DNA of 64,000 nucleotides. Source: Candidatus Omnitrophota bacterium (GTDB lineage: Bacteria; Omnitrophota; Gorgyraeia; Tantalellales; Tantalellaceae). The notes beneath the pieces were generated by a model that was not told the DNA's origin, made no database searches, and saw only the letters and a program-made list of their open reading frames with translations. The position numbers were made by a program, and so were the translations under genes. The DNA lies in the NCBI GenBank assembly GCA_049642065.1, contig JBAROK010000074.1, positions 4,114-68,113 of the forward strand, in the 5' to 3' direction. This document shows positions 24,492 to 34,667 of this stretch, in pieces (within the stretch, counting starts at the first letter, position 1; the number at the start of each line of letters is the position of its first letter).

Positions 24492-25033
24492 ACAACACGG
24501 TCAGAACATAAATGCACAATCGTAAATAGTACCAGCGTCACTACTGCGACTTTCACACTAGGCCGATAGACTACCGAACTTAAAACCATAGCCCCTATTA
24601 TCCAATCGATCTGATCCCATGGAAACCAGGGCCTGCCTGAGGGTTTATTCAGCCTGCGTTTTATGAAACTTTCAATTAAATCACCTAAAAGAGCTCCTCC
24701 GCCCATTAAAGCGCCTATTAAGATAAAATTAAACTGTCTATAATCGATTACAGTGTTATTTTTGAAAAAATCGCTGTTAAAGAACAAAAGTGCCTGGATG
24801 CCGGCTACAAGTATTCCCGTTATAACCCCGACCACAAGCCCTCTCCATGTTTTATTCTTCCCGAAAATTTCACGCCCATTTAATGTTTTCCCGGAATCAA
24901 TAGGCACCGCAAGCTTCTCCATGGGTTTTTTAAGTACTCCGGGTAGGGGAAGCCGGTTACCACAAGAAGCGTTATGGTTACCCAAGGCAGCTGGCAATAA
25001 ATACCAAAGACAGGCAAATATTAGTTTGAACAT
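24452..25033 (-). CDS. DUF46 / CDP-archaeol-synthase (CarS)-like integral-membrane CTP-transferase (CdsA superfamily)
   Basis: GKNKTWRG and GDLIESFIKRRLN motifs, shared by CarS/CdsA-type cytidylyltransferases. About 190 aa, polytopic. Confidence 0.55.
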   Translation of the reverse strand: MFKLIFACLWYLLPAALGNHNASCGNRLPLPGVLKKPMEKLAVPIDSGKTLNGREIFGKNKTWRGLVVGVITGILVAGIQALLFFNSDFFKNNTVIDYRQFNFILIGALMGGGALLGDLIESFIKRRLNKPSGRPWFPWDQIDWIIGAMVLSSVVYRPSVKVAVVTLVLFTIVHLCSDRVVCWMGIKKREEVN

Positions 25034-25036
25034 AAT

Positions 25037-25618
25037 CTATTTATTGAGCTTTCTGTAAACATGAGCTATTCTCTGCAGCACTGTAAGGTGGGAAAAAACG
25101 GCGACTATTACTAGTCCCCAAAATACCTGGTTTATGCAAAAGCTGGCCCCCAGTATTATTATCCTGACTGACCGGGGCATAAGCCCAACTTCACATTTTT
25201 GATCCAGACTCTCTGCTTTGGCCCTGGTATAACTCACAACCAAAGATCCCACTATTGCAATTACGACCAATATAACGTAATCCGGCTCACCCAGCTTTAA
25301 AAAGTAAAGTAATATCCCCAAGTAAATAACCGAATCCGCGTAACGATCAAGTACGGAATCCCAAAAATTGCCGAAAACTGTAGTCTTGCCTGTAGCCCGG
25401 GCTACACTCCCATCAAGAGCATCAAAAAAACCAGCAACCCAGATAAGTATACCTATAATTAGATAACTAAGTTCACCTTTAGCAATAAAAAAAGCAACAA
25501 GGCAGTTAACTGAAAGCCCTAGTAAGGTTACCTGGTTTGGAGTTATTTTTGTCTTTGCTAAAAGATTGCCCGGGGCTTGCGCAATTAGCCGAATGAGTTT
25601 CCCTGTTGGATCGGACAT
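25037..25618 (-). CDS. CDP-alcohol phosphatidyltransferase (probable phosphatidylinositol-phosphate synthase type)
   Basis: D-x2-D-G-x2-A-R...G-x3-D-x3-D motif (FDALDGSVARATGKTTVFGNFWDSVLDRYAD). Sits beside the inositol-1-phosphate synthase gene. Confidence 0.7.
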   Translation of the reverse strand: MSDPTGKLIRLIAQAPGNLLAKTKITPNQVTLLGLSVNCLVAFFIAKGELSYLIIGILIWVAGFFDALDGSVARATGKTTVFGNFWDSVLDRYADSVIYLGILLYFLKLGEPDYVILVVIAIVGSLVVSYTRAKAESLDQKCEVGLMPRSVRIIILGASFCINQVFWGLVIVAVFSHLTVLQRIAHVYRKLNK

Positions 25619-25624
25619 TATAAA

Positions 25625-26770
25625 TTACCTCTTAGCCCCTTTCTTTTTTCCCTTAACTCTTTTTGCCTTAGCCTTTTTCTTCTTCCCTTTGCCGTAAGTT
25701 GCGATAAAATCCTCTACCATCTCGCGGGCTGTATTGTCATCGTACTGGACGGGGGGTGACTTTTTAAAATATGCGCTGGGGCCTAAAAGTGCACCTGAAA
25801 TCCCGTTATCCAGTGCAATCTTCGCGCAGCGAACCGCATCTATAACGACTCCAGCGGAATTTGGTGAGTCTTCCACCGAAAGCCTGCATTCTAAGTTCAT
25901 GGGAAGATCTCCGAAATGTCTGCTTTCTATTCGCAAGAAACAAATTTTATTATCTTTCTGCCACGGCACATAATCACTTGGTCCTATATGAACATCATCT
26001 TTATCTATAGTCCTACCTCGATTCTGTATCTGCGAGACAACTGCATTTGTTTTTGATATCTTTTTTGAGGTAAGCCGTTCTTCTTCTTTCATGTTAAGAA
26101 AATCCGTATTGCCTCCGGTATTGAGCTGGTAGGTGTGATCTACGGGCATTCCTCTATCCAAGAATAGATTTGTCAGAACCCTGTGGAGGATCGTTGCCCC
26201 TACCTGTGACTTTATGTCGTCACCTATAACCGGCAGGCCTTTTTTCTTGAAACGCGTCTGCCAGTATCCTTCTCTGGCAATAAAAACAGGAACACAGTTA
26301 ATAAAAGCGCACCCTGCGTTTAACACCTGTTCGACATACCATTTTGTAGCTTCTTCAGAACCCACGGGCAAATAATTAATAACTACATCGGTCTTTGTTT
26401 TCCTCAGAATGCCTGCTACATCATCGGTTCTCCCTGGGGCTTTCTTGACAATCTTCGATACATACTTGCCAAGCCCATCATGTGTCATCCCACGGTAGAC
26501 CTTAACTCCAAGACGGGGAACTTTGGCGAAAATAGCAGTATTGTTAGGTTTTGTATAAATAGCTTCGCTTAGATCTTTGCCTACCTTATTTTTATCGATA
26601 TCAAAAGCAGCTGAAAACTCTATGTCTTTTATATGATAACCTCCCAGGTTAACATGCATCAGTCCCGGTATAAAATCTTTGTCCTTTGCATTCTTATAGT
26701 ATTCCACTCCCTGGACAAGAGAAGAAGCACAATTGCCAACTCCGATAATAGCAACTCTAATTTTAGACAT
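25625..26770 (-). CDS. myo-Inositol-1-phosphate synthase (archaeal/bacterial type) with a Lys-rich C-terminal tail
   Basis: N-terminal Rossmann [18 protein letters not shown] is typical of archaeal-type MIPS. The protein ends in [21 protein letters not shown]. Confidence 0.75.
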   Translation of the reverse strand: MSKIRVAIIGVGNCASSLVQGVEYYKNAKDKDFIPGLMHVNLGGYHIKDIEFSAAFDIDKNKVGKDLSEAIYTKPNNTAIFAKVPRLGVKVYRGMTHDGLGKYVSKIVKKAPGRTDDVAGILRKTKTDVVINYLPVGSEEATKWYVEQVLNAGCAFINCVPVFIAREGYWQTRFKKKGLPVIGDDIKSQVGATILHRVLTNLFLDRGMPVDHTYQLNTGGNTDFLNMKEEERLTSKKISKTNAVVSQIQNRGRTIDKDDVHIGPSDYVPWQKDNKICFLRIESRHFGDLPMNLECRLSVEDSPNSAGVVIDAVRCAKIALDNGISGALLGPSAYFKKSPPVQYDDNTAREMVEDFIATYGKGKKKKAKAKRVKGKKKGAKR

Positions 26771-27131
26771 AACTCTATACTCCTCTATTTTTATAAATCC
26801 ATACTGAATCTCTGTATCGATCTTCTATATATTTTGTCACTTCTCTAATAGTTAACATTTCTTCACCTTCTTCATTCGGTATCTCAATATCAAAATTCCC
26901 GTCTAAGCTGCTTAGGTCACAAATTAATTAGACTAATTATTATATAATGATAAAATTCTAAGTCAAATATATATATAATAAAAATCCCGCAGCATATTAA
27001 ATACCAGCGGGGTCTCGAGCGGAGCACCCAAATAGTGTCTATAATACAATCAAATAGAAACAAACTAAAAAACTATTTAATTTAAAGGAGTTACGTGGAT
27101 TTGCACTTAGGGGATATACCTGTACGCTAAC

Positions 27132-28583
27132 TTAATCTTTGCTTATAGGAAGATGGATGGTAGCGATAGTACCCTTCCCTACCTCGCTGGTAAATTTCAG
27201 GTCCCCCTCATGAGCTTTGACAATACTATAACATAAAGGGAGCCCTAGCCCTGTCCCCTTTTCCTTGGTAGTAAAAAATGAATCAAATACCCTCTTGAGG
27301 TTCTCCTCCGCTATTCCGCTGCCTGTGTCCTGGATATCTATACACAGATCCTCACCCTTCTTTTGGGTCCTGACCGTGATCGTCCCGCCATCCGGCATAG
27401 CATCTGCCGAGTTATTCACAAGGTTCAAAAACACTTCATACATACGCTTCTCATCGATCTTCACCATTGGAGGTGAGGGCATATACTCTTTTCTGATCCT
27501 TATGTTCTTCAAAGAGTATGGATGCTCTATAAGATGCAGGACATAATCTAAACTCTCGTTGATATCGACTTCTTTAAAATCGCCTTTACTCGGTTTTGAA
27601 AAATGCAAAAACCTTTGGATAAGATCATTTGCCCTGTCACATTGTTCGCAGATTATCTCCAAGCCTTCCTTGATATCCTCCTGCCTTGCCCCCTCCATCA
27701 ATGAAATTTGAGCTCTTCCCAATATTACCTGAAGGGGGTTTTTTATCTCATGTGCCATATCTGCCATCATTTCTCCGAGCTGCGCAAGCTTCTGGCTAGT
27801 CTCTACCTTCTTCCGATATGTCAAGTTCCTTAGCGTTGCCTGTATAGCAATTATCTTGCCCTCTTTCCTTAACGGAATGCCTTTGACTTCATAGGGAACT
27901 CTTCCCCCCTCTTTAGTCATGCCTTCCACTTCAATGACCGGGGGCTCTTTTCCTATCAGGATCTTCCCCATGGCAGCCATCAATTTCGGCACAAACTCCT
28001 TTGCGATTATGCCACACGTAAAAACGTTCTTGCCTTTCATATCATCTCGGCTATAACCGCTTTCTTCTTCGAATTTTTTATTCAGATCAAGAAATCTACC
28101 TTCAGGAGTAACAACAGCGATCAGATCCGCTGCATTCTCAAAAAACATATAATATTTCTCTTCACTCTCCTTCAATGCCATTTCTGCTTTTTTATGCTCC
28201 TTACGTATCTCCATTTCCCCTAATTCGCGATCGATAGCTACGCTAAGACGCATTAGTTTGCCCTTGGTAATAAAATCCTGTGCACCGGCTTTCATTGCCT
28301 CCATGGCTATATCTTCCTCCATCCCCCCGGAAACTATCAAAAAAGGAAGATCAATATTCTTCTCCTGCATCACTCTCAACGCCCCAAGACCACTGAATTT
28401 TGGAAGCTTATAATCCGCTATAATGACATCCCACTCGCTTTTATCAAGTGCGTCAGACATCTCTTCCTTTGTCTCAACTCGCTTGACCTCAGGCGCATAT
28501 CCTCCCCGCTCCAGCTCTTTCGTAAGCAAAAGAGCATCATCTTCAGCGTCCTCTATCATTAACACACGTAATCTTCCGGGCAT
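27132..28583 (-). CDS. Hybrid sensor protein: N-terminal receiver, PAS and histidine kinase
   Basis: Receiver (LMIEDAEDD...DVIIADYKLP...K). PAS (ENAADLIAVVTPEGRFLDLN). HisKA H-box (MAHEIKNPLQ). HATPase (DTGSGI...GTGLGLPL). Confidence 0.8.
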   Translation of the reverse strand: MPGRLRVLMIEDAEDDALLLTKELERGGYAPEVKRVETKEEMSDALDKSEWDVIIADYKLPKFSGLGALRVMQEKNIDLPFLIVSGGMEEDIAMEAMKAGAQDFITKGKLMRLSVAIDRELGEMEIRKEHKKAEMALKESEEKYYMFFENAADLIAVVTPEGRFLDLNKKFEEESGYSRDDMKGKNVFTCGIIAKEFVPKLMAAMGKILIGKEPPVIEVEGMTKEGGRVPYEVKGIPLRKEGKIIAIQATLRNLTYRKKVETSQKLAQLGEMMADMAHEIKNPLQVILGRAQISLMEGARQEDIKEGLEIICEQCDRANDLIQRFLHFSKPSKGDFKEVDINESLDYVLHLIEHPYSLKNIRIRKEYMPSPPMVKIDEKRMYEVFLNLVNNSADAMPDGGTITVRTQKKGEDLCIDIQDTGSGIAEENLKRVFDSFFTTKEKGTGLGLPLCYSIVKAHEGDLKFTSEVGKGTIATIHLPISKD

Positions 28584-28586
28584 GTA

Positions 28587-29030
28587 TCAGTCCTTCGTTT
28601 TCGGGGGCTCGTTAAGAAGCAGCCAATATAATCCAAGCTGGCGCACCGCTTCGCTGAACTGCTCAAAATCAACGGGTTTTCTGACATAACTGTTACACCC
28701 AAGGTTGTACCCATTCAGCACGTCGCTTTCCTCTTGTGAGGAAGTCAATATAACCACAGGAACGACCTTTGTTCTTTCATTGGAACGCAGTTTCTTTAAC
28801 ACTTCAAGCCCGTTCAATTTAGGGAGTTTTATGTCCAGAAGAACGACTGCCGGCATATTTCCCGGTTCAAGCTCGGAATATTTTCCCTCATGAAATAAAT
28901 ACTCAAGTGCATCCTCTCCATCATTCAATACTACAACTTCATTGGTGATATTATTATGCTTCAATGCGCGTATCGTAAGATCAATGTCGTCCTGATTATC
29001 CTCGACCAGAAGAATAGCTTTATCACTCAT
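28587..29030 (-). CDS. Single-domain response regulator receiver
   Basis: ILLVEDNQDD...VVLLDIKLPKLNG...VVILTSS...K. Confidence 0.75.
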   Translation of the reverse strand: MSDKAILLVEDNQDDIDLTIRALKHNNITNEVVVLNDGEDALEYLFHEGKYSELEPGNMPAVVLLDIKLPKLNGLEVLKKLRSNERTKVVPVVILTSSQEESDVLNGYNLGCNSYVRKPVDFEQFSEAVRQLGLYWLLLNEPPKTKD

Positions 29031-29039
29031 GATCTCCCC

Positions 29040-31325
29040 CTACTTGTTCGGTATCGTAAAATAAAACGTAGCGCCTTTCCCTACCTTGCTATCCGCCCAG
29101 ATGCGTCCGCCATGACGGGTAATTATACGCTTGACCGAAGCAAGACCTATGCCGGTCCCCGGGAATTCTTTTTCCGAATGTAAGCGCTGAAAAGGCCCGA
29201 AAAGCTTATCAGCATAAGCCATATTGAACCCGACTCCACTATCTTTCACGAAAAATGCCCTTTCACCCGCAAGATCCATACAGCCAACCTCTATTTTTGC
29301 ACCCGGCCTTGTTTGGGTAAATTTCCATGCGTTACCAATAAGGTTCTCAAGAACTATCTTCATCAAGCGGTCATCCGCTTTTGTTTTCAACTTCGGATTA
29401 ACCGTAAAATCAACTTTTCGTTTCGGTTCGCTGCTTTTTAAGTCCTTTATTACCTCCTTAGCAATACTGCTTATATCAATATCCTTTTTATGGATCTCGT
29501 GGCGCGTCACGCGCGAAAGCATTAAAATATCCTCAATAAGTTGTGCCATACGCTGGCTTGCTTCACGTATACGGTGCAAATATCCCTTGGCATCCTCATC
29601 CAGCTTATCTTGATAATCTTCCAGTATGATCTGACTGAACCCGTCCATGCTCCTGAGTGGGGCTCTGAGGTCATGCGAAACGCAATAACTGAATGCTTCC
29701 AGTTCCTTGTTTGCCTCACCGAGTTCCTCGGTCCTGATATCTACAAGTTCTTCAAGATGCTGCCGGTATGTTTCAAGCTCAAGTTCAGCTTTTTTCTTGT
29801 CAGTAATATCTTTTACATGTTCTATAACCCCCACCATATTGCCTTTAGAGTCCTTAAATGGGTACGATGAAAGGAGAATCCACCCCTTAGGCTTCTCCTC
29901 AGAAGGATAAGGCACTACCGATGACTGCACTTCGCCAGTCTCAATCGTCTTGACCGCAGAACACCAAGGACAGATACTATCTCTCTTCTGATAAACTTCA
30001 TAGCATTTTTTACCGATAAGTGGCCCTGCCTCACTATACATCTTTTTCATCCACAGGTTAGTTTTAACCACGTTCATATCCTTGTCCAAAATATTTATGC
30101 CATCTTGTATGCCATCAAAAATTGACTGCAAAAAACTTTCACTATCCCTGAGTTCTTCCTCCGCTCTTTTACGCTGCGTTATATCATGCGCATACAAGTT
30201 CGCGTATCCGCCATCGATCACAGGTGCTACATGAACCGAATATATCCGCCCATCCACCTCAGCCTCTTCTACCGTATCCTCCCCCGTCCTAATTGCTTCG
30301 CTAATTAGTTTCGTCCATGTATCGGACGCGTTCTTTCCCACACCGGTATTCCAGTTTTTGAGCATACCTTCAGCAGACTCATTCGCATACAGCACTTTAC
30401 CATCCTTATCAACACGTAGCACTGGGCTGGGGTTTTCTGACGGAAACTTAGCAAGATTTTGTATTTCTTCTTCGGCCTCCTTCTTCTCAGTAATATTCTG
30501 AACCATTGAAAGAACGCCTACCACCGTACCATCAGACTCTTTCAATGGTGTATTCGCCCAGCTACAGACAATAGTCCTCCCATCTTTTGTAACATTTTCA
30601 TTTACACTATGTGCAGTTTCGTCCGCTGCGAGTAGACGACTCCAAATAACATCTACATGAGACTGGACCTCTTTCGGCACAATAAGGTCATATGCGTGTC
30701 TAGCTTCCGCTTCCTTTGCGGTAAACCCGAATATCTCAGTAGCTGCAGGGTTCCATGTTTTAACCCGAAACTCTTTATCCCAAACGATCAACCCTATGGG
30801 CATCCTATTAAATTGCAATTGCAGATATTCTTCTAAACCCCGGGTCTCTTCCTGCATCTTTTTTATTTCTGTTATATCTACTATCGTGTTAGCATAATAT
30901 TCAGGCTTTCCTTCTTCATCTTTAATAATAAAAATGTTCTCGATCACTGGAAATTCTCTGCCTTTACCGGAACGAAGAACGGATTCCCCTTCCCATTTTC
31001 CCTCATCTTGAACGATGCTATGCACTTCCTCAACAAACCTCTTATAAGATCCCGCCGAATAATAGTCACTGATATTCTTTTTGTAGCAATCTTCTGGCTT
31101 CTCTTCATCGAACATACGACAGAGAGCGGGATTAACATACATTACCTTTCCTTCCAAAGTAGCCATCCCGAACCCTTGGCCTGCGGTCTCCGCGAATCTG
31201 TGAAAAATGGATATCTCTTTCTCCGCTTTCCTGCATGAGGATTCGACACCTTCAAGCTCCTTAACTTGTCTCCGTAGGCTATTTACCTCTTCTATCAGTT
31301 GTTCCTTAGTCTCTTCTTTTCCCAT
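29040..31325 (-). CDS. Multi-PAS sensor histidine kinase
   Basis: N-terminal coiled coil, multiple PAS/PAC repeats. H-box SHDLRAPLRSMDGF. HATPase GTGIGLASVKRII...GKGATFYFTIP. Confidence 0.8.
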   Translation of the reverse strand: MGKEETKEQLIEEVNSLRRQVKELEGVESSCRKAEKEISIFHRFAETAGQGFGMATLEGKVMYVNPALCRMFDEEKPEDCYKKNISDYYSAGSYKRFVEEVHSIVQDEGKWEGESVLRSGKGREFPVIENIFIIKDEEGKPEYYANTIVDITEIKKMQEETRGLEEYLQLQFNRMPIGLIVWDKEFRVKTWNPAATEIFGFTAKEAEARHAYDLIVPKEVQSHVDVIWSRLLAADETAHSVNENVTKDGRTIVCSWANTPLKESDGTVVGVLSMVQNITEKKEAEEEIQNLAKFPSENPSPVLRVDKDGKVLYANESAEGMLKNWNTGVGKNASDTWTKLISEAIRTGEDTVEEAEVDGRIYSVHVAPVIDGGYANLYAHDITQRKRAEEELRDSESFLQSIFDGIQDGINILDKDMNVVKTNLWMKKMYSEAGPLIGKKCYEVYQKRDSICPWCSAVKTIETGEVQSSVVPYPSEEKPKGWILLSSYPFKDSKGNMVGVIEHVKDITDKKKAELELETYRQHLEELVDIRTEELGEANKELEAFSYCVSHDLRAPLRSMDGFSQIILEDYQDKLDEDAKGYLHRIREASQRMAQLIEDILMLSRVTRHEIHKKDIDISSIAKEVIKDLKSSEPKRKVDFTVNPKLKTKADDRLMKIVLENLIGNAWKFTQTRPGAKIEVGCMDLAGERAFFVKDSGVGFNMAYADKLFGPFQRLHSEKEFPGTGIGLASVKRIITRHGGRIWADSKVGKGATFYFTIPNK

Positions 31326-31456
31326 TTATCTCTCCTGAAAATATAAAAAGGCAAGCCCGACATTATGTCGAATTTGCCTTTTCTATGCTCAATAACAGGT
31401 TATTGTGCCGTTTCTCTTCATTGCCACTCCCCCGTGGCAGAGAACTTAATATATTT

Positions 31457-32317
31457 TTACATTCCCGCCTTATCAAACGCTTCAGGCAGAAAATCAAGCA
31501 TGTCAGACGCCGTCATGCTGAATTGGCCTATCTCTTCAGCTGCTACATCACCGGCTATACCGTGGATATATACCGCACAAACAGCCGCAGAATAATCGTC
31601 TATACCCTGGCCAATAAACGAGGCTATCATGCCTGTCAAAACATCTCCCGTTCCTCCGGATGCCATGCCGGAGTTACCAGTCTCGTTAACATATATCTTA
31701 CCTTCAGGACTAGCAACAACCGTTCTGTGCCCCTTAAGGACTACCACTGCGCCGGTCACCTCCGCAACACTTTTTGCCATATCGATCCTGTTGGATTGAA
31801 TCTCCTCAACGTCCTTGTTCATAAGACGCGCCAGCTCACCCGGATGCGGCGTTATGACCATCCTGTATTCTCTCTTGCGCAAAGCGTCTATATTCCCTTC
31901 AAGCGCATTTATCCCGTCCGCATCAAGCACAACAGGCTGTTCCACTTCGTCCAGAAGTTCCCCAACAAGCATCTTTGTGCTTCCATCCATTCCCAGTCCG
32001 GGCCCTATCGCTACAACGTCGCATTTTTTAGCGAAATCCAGTATCTTCGGTTTTGCTTTCAATCCCAGACTTTGATTATCGGTCTCTGCCAAGGGAAGCG
32101 TCATTACCTCGGTAAGCTTTATTTCCATTACCGGATTCAAAGATTCCGGTATACCGTTCGTAACGAGTCCGCTACCTGAATAAAGAGCACCCTGCGAGCA
32201 AAGATACGCCGCTCCGGTCATACCTTTTGAACCCGCAAGAACGAGCACCTTACCGTAATCTCCCTTATGCGAATCTTCGCGCCGGGACGGTATCTTGTCA
32301 ATATGTTCACGCACCAT
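31457..32317 (-). CDS. nnrD: ADP-dependent NAD(P)H-hydrate dehydratase (YjeF C-terminal domain family)
   Basis: HKGDYGKVLVLAGS...GPGLG...HPGE...GGTGDVLTG motifs. Confidence 0.75.
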   Translation of the reverse strand: MVREHIDKIPSRREDSHKGDYGKVLVLAGSKGMTGAAYLCSQGALYSGSGLVTNGIPESLNPVMEIKLTEVMTLPLAETDNQSLGLKAKPKILDFAKKCDVVAIGPGLGMDGSTKMLVGELLDEVEQPVVLDADGINALEGNIDALRKREYRMVITPHPGELARLMNKDVEEIQSNRIDMAKSVAEVTGAVVVLKGHRTVVASPEGKIYVNETGNSGMASGGTGDVLTGMIASFIGQGIDDYSAAVCAVYIHGIAGDVAAEEIGQFSMTASDMLDFLPEAFDKAGM

Positions 32318-32702
32318 CTTTCACCACCATAGCGTTTGATGTCGCAAGGTTATGTGTATGCGAAATGCTCACAAAAACCTGCGACAGGTTGAATTTTTCC
32401 ATAAGACTTTTAGCTTGGCCATGCAGTACTGCATAAGGTTTACCGTCCTCAGCGTTCAGTATCTCTATATCGGACCAGTTTAGTCCTATGCGGGCACCAT
32501 CCGGAAGAGCTTTCTTAACTGCCTCTTTAGCCGCGAACTTACCGGCCATGTGCATGTAATATCCTTTTTTGTTCTTGCTGACAGCATGATCCATTTCCTT
32601 ACCGGTAAATATCTTTTTCAAGAAACCTTCCCCATGCTGCTCAATGGCATTCTCAAACCGTTCTATCTCAATAGCGTCTATGCCTATACCTTGCACGTTC
32701 AT
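32307..32702 (-). CDS. acpS: Holo-[acyl-carrier-protein] synthase
   Basis: GIGIDAIEIERF... with FAAKEA and SISH motifs. Confidence 0.8.
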   Translation of the reverse strand: MNVQGIGIDAIEIERFENAIEQHGEGFLKKIFTGKEMDHAVSKNKKGYYMHMAGKFAAKEAVKKALPDGARIGLNWSDIEILNAEDGKPYAVLHGQAKSLMEKFNLSQVFVSISHTHNLATSNAMVVKDGA

Positions 32703-33415
32703 TGCATGAGTTCCTTCATCTTTTTAACGGCTTCACCTATCCCCGTAAAAACAGATCTTGAAATAATGGAATGGCCGATATTGAGTTCATGCATGCCTTC
32801 TATCCGCGCAACAGGCGTAACATTCTGATAAGTCAATCCGTGCCCCGCACAAACCGTGAGCCCTTTTCCAAGGGCGAATTCTGTCATTTTTTTAAGATTT
32901 GCAAGTTCAGCTTCGTGATCCCCGCCAGCATGGAACTCTTCGGCATAGCGCCCCGTATGAAACTCTATTATCCTGGTGCCGCTTTCAACTGAAGCTTCTA
33001 TCTGATGCGCCTCCGGGTCTATGAAAAGGCTTACTCCGATCCCGGCATCTTGAAGCGCTTTAACTACACTTCTAACTTTCTCGAGGTTGCCTGCAACATC
33101 CAGCCCGCCTTCAGTGGTAACTTCCTGACGATTCTCAGGGACCAGCGTAGCCTGATCCGGTTTTACCCGACATGCTATATCCACTATCTCCGGATCGACT
33201 GACATCTCAAGATTAAGACGGGTAGATACGGCTTCTTTTATCCTATCGAGATCCGCATCGTTTATGTGGCGCCTATCTTTACGCAGGTGACAAACGATAC
33301 CGTCACAACCCGCTTTTTCGCATTCACCAACCGCAAGTACTGGATCCGGTTCGAACGTCTTTCTTGCCTCCCTGACGGTGGCCACGTGATCTATATTAAC
33401 ACCGAGCTTAACCAT
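32699..33415 (-). CDS. pdxJ: Pyridoxine 5'-phosphate synthase
   Basis: KLGVNIDHVATVREAR...HLRKDRRHI...GHGL matches the PdxJ family. Confidence 0.85.
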   Translation of the reverse strand: MVKLGVNIDHVATVREARKTFEPDPVLAVGECEKAGCDGIVCHLRKDRRHINDADLDRIKEAVSTRLNLEMSVDPEIVDIACRVKPDQATLVPENRQEVTTEGGLDVAGNLEKVRSVVKALQDAGIGVSLFIDPEAHQIEASVESGTRIIEFHTGRYAEEFHAGGDHEAELANLKKMTEFALGKGLTVCAGHGLTYQNVTPVARIEGMHELNIGHSIISRSVFTGIGEAVKKMKELMQ

Positions 33416-33416
33416 T

Positions 33417-33869
33417 TTATTGTTGCGGCTCCACTACTACCGGCTCTACCGGCACATACACATCTACCACTTTATCTTCAAATTGAAGGAACTTTACATC
33501 AGACTTTAGCCCCAGCTGTAACCTGACGCTACGTGTATACTCACCCAGGTTTATCTTATCGGTCCGCAGCTCCTCTACCTCTTCTATAACTTCCTGGGGC
33601 CCGAAAACAGATACTTTTGAAGGTTCGATAATCACTTTTTCGAACGCCACACGGTACCCTTCAGGCGATTTACCCGCAAACACAGGCTTTACGGGGATTT
33701 CCTTGACTACAAACTTGTAGCGCGCAAATATCTCTTCTGCTGTTTCTTCCTTCTGCAGATAGGAGTCTGTATTCACCACATCGAACACGTAGAACCATGT
33801 CGCTACCGCCAAAGCCAGTGATATCGCTTTAGCCCAGAAATTATTTGTGATAACCTTACCCCACCTCAT
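33417..33869 (-). CDS. cdaR: YbbR-domain protein, putative CdaA regulator
   Basis: N-terminal transmembrane segment plus a YbbR-like beta-rich segment. Immediately downstream of cdaA with a 14-nt overlap. Confidence 0.5.
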   Translation of the reverse strand: MRWGKVITNNFWAKAISLALAVATWFYVFDVVNTDSYLQKEETAEEIFARYKFVVKEIPVKPVFAGKSPEGYRVAFEKVIIEPSKVSVFGPQEVIEEVEELRTDKINLGEYTRSVRLQLGLKSDVKFLQFEDKVVDVYVPVEPVVVEPQQ

Positions 33870-34665
33870 GCTTTATCTCCAATGATTTTTTCTTTTTAAG
33901 AAGCCTTCTTATAACTGCCGGAACGGATTTTTTCTTTTCCTTAGGCATATAAACCCTCTCAATAACCTTGCTTAGACTCTTCGGGTCAATATCCCTTGTC
34001 ATCTTGCCTCCAACAGCTAGAGAAATACCACCGGTCTCTTCGCTTATTATCACGATCACCGAATCCGTCTCTTCGCTAAGCCCCAACGCCGCTCTGTGCC
34101 TTGTACCCATAGTTTTGGGAACATTCGGGTTCTGCGTCAGAGGGAATAAACATGCAGCAGCTTCGATCCGATGCGCTGAAACGATTATACCTCCGTCATG
34201 CAAAGGCGTACTGGGATCGAAAATAGTGTTAATAAGCTCGCTTGTTACCCTGGAGTCCAGGGTAACACCGCTTTCTACGTAACGACGTAACCCTATTTCC
34301 CTTTCAATAGCGATTAAAGCGCCAGTTTTTTTCTTTGAAAGGACCACAGCAGCTTTCGATACCTCACCAAGGATCTCTCTTTCCCCGGAAAAGATGCCGA
34401 ACCTTCCTATTCGGGCCAACCCACGCCTTATTTCAGGCTGGAATATTACAAGAAAAGCTATAACTGAAATGGCAAGAAGCCGAGTCAGAAGCCAGTTTAT
34501 AATAACCAGATTTAACCCTTTAGTCAGGATAACGACAAAAGAGATTATTATGAGGCCTTTAAGTACCTGCTCAGCGGCAGTACCCTTCAAAAGAAGGTAC
34601 ACCATGTAATAAGCGCCCCACAACATTAGAATTTCAAGTATTATTTCCCACGACATGAATACCAT
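33856..34665 (-). CDS. cdaA: Diadenylate cyclase (c-di-AMP synthase), membrane-anchored
   Basis: Three N-terminal transmembrane segments. DAC domain motifs GALIAIERE, HDGGIIVS, GTRHRAALG. Confidence 0.85.
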   Translation of the reverse strand: MVFMSWEIILEILMLWGAYYMVYLLLKGTAAEQVLKGLIIISFVVILTKGLNLVIINWLLTRLLAISVIAFLVIFQPEIRRGLARIGRFGIFSGEREILGEVSKAAVVLSKKKTGALIAIEREIGLRRYVESGVTLDSRVTSELINTIFDPSTPLHDGGIIVSAHRIEAAACLFPLTQNPNVPKTMGTRHRAALGLSEETDSVIVIISEETGGISLAVGGKMTRDIDPKSLSKVIERVYMPKEKKKSVPAVIRRLLKKKKSLEIKHEVG

Positions 34666-34667
34666 AA

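Noticed and set aside
26771-27131. AT-rich 360-bp intergenic region with a tiny AAGGAG-GTG ORF of 11 codons
   Set aside because: Too short and no conservation signal. The region is most simply the promoter or leader of the minus-strand inositol-lipid operon and the 3' flank of the hybrid kinase gene.
31385-32179. 264-aa plus-strand ORF
   Set aside because: Entirely antisense to nnrD (31457-32317), whose product has clear YjeF_C motifs. The plus ORF translation is Arg/His-rich junk.
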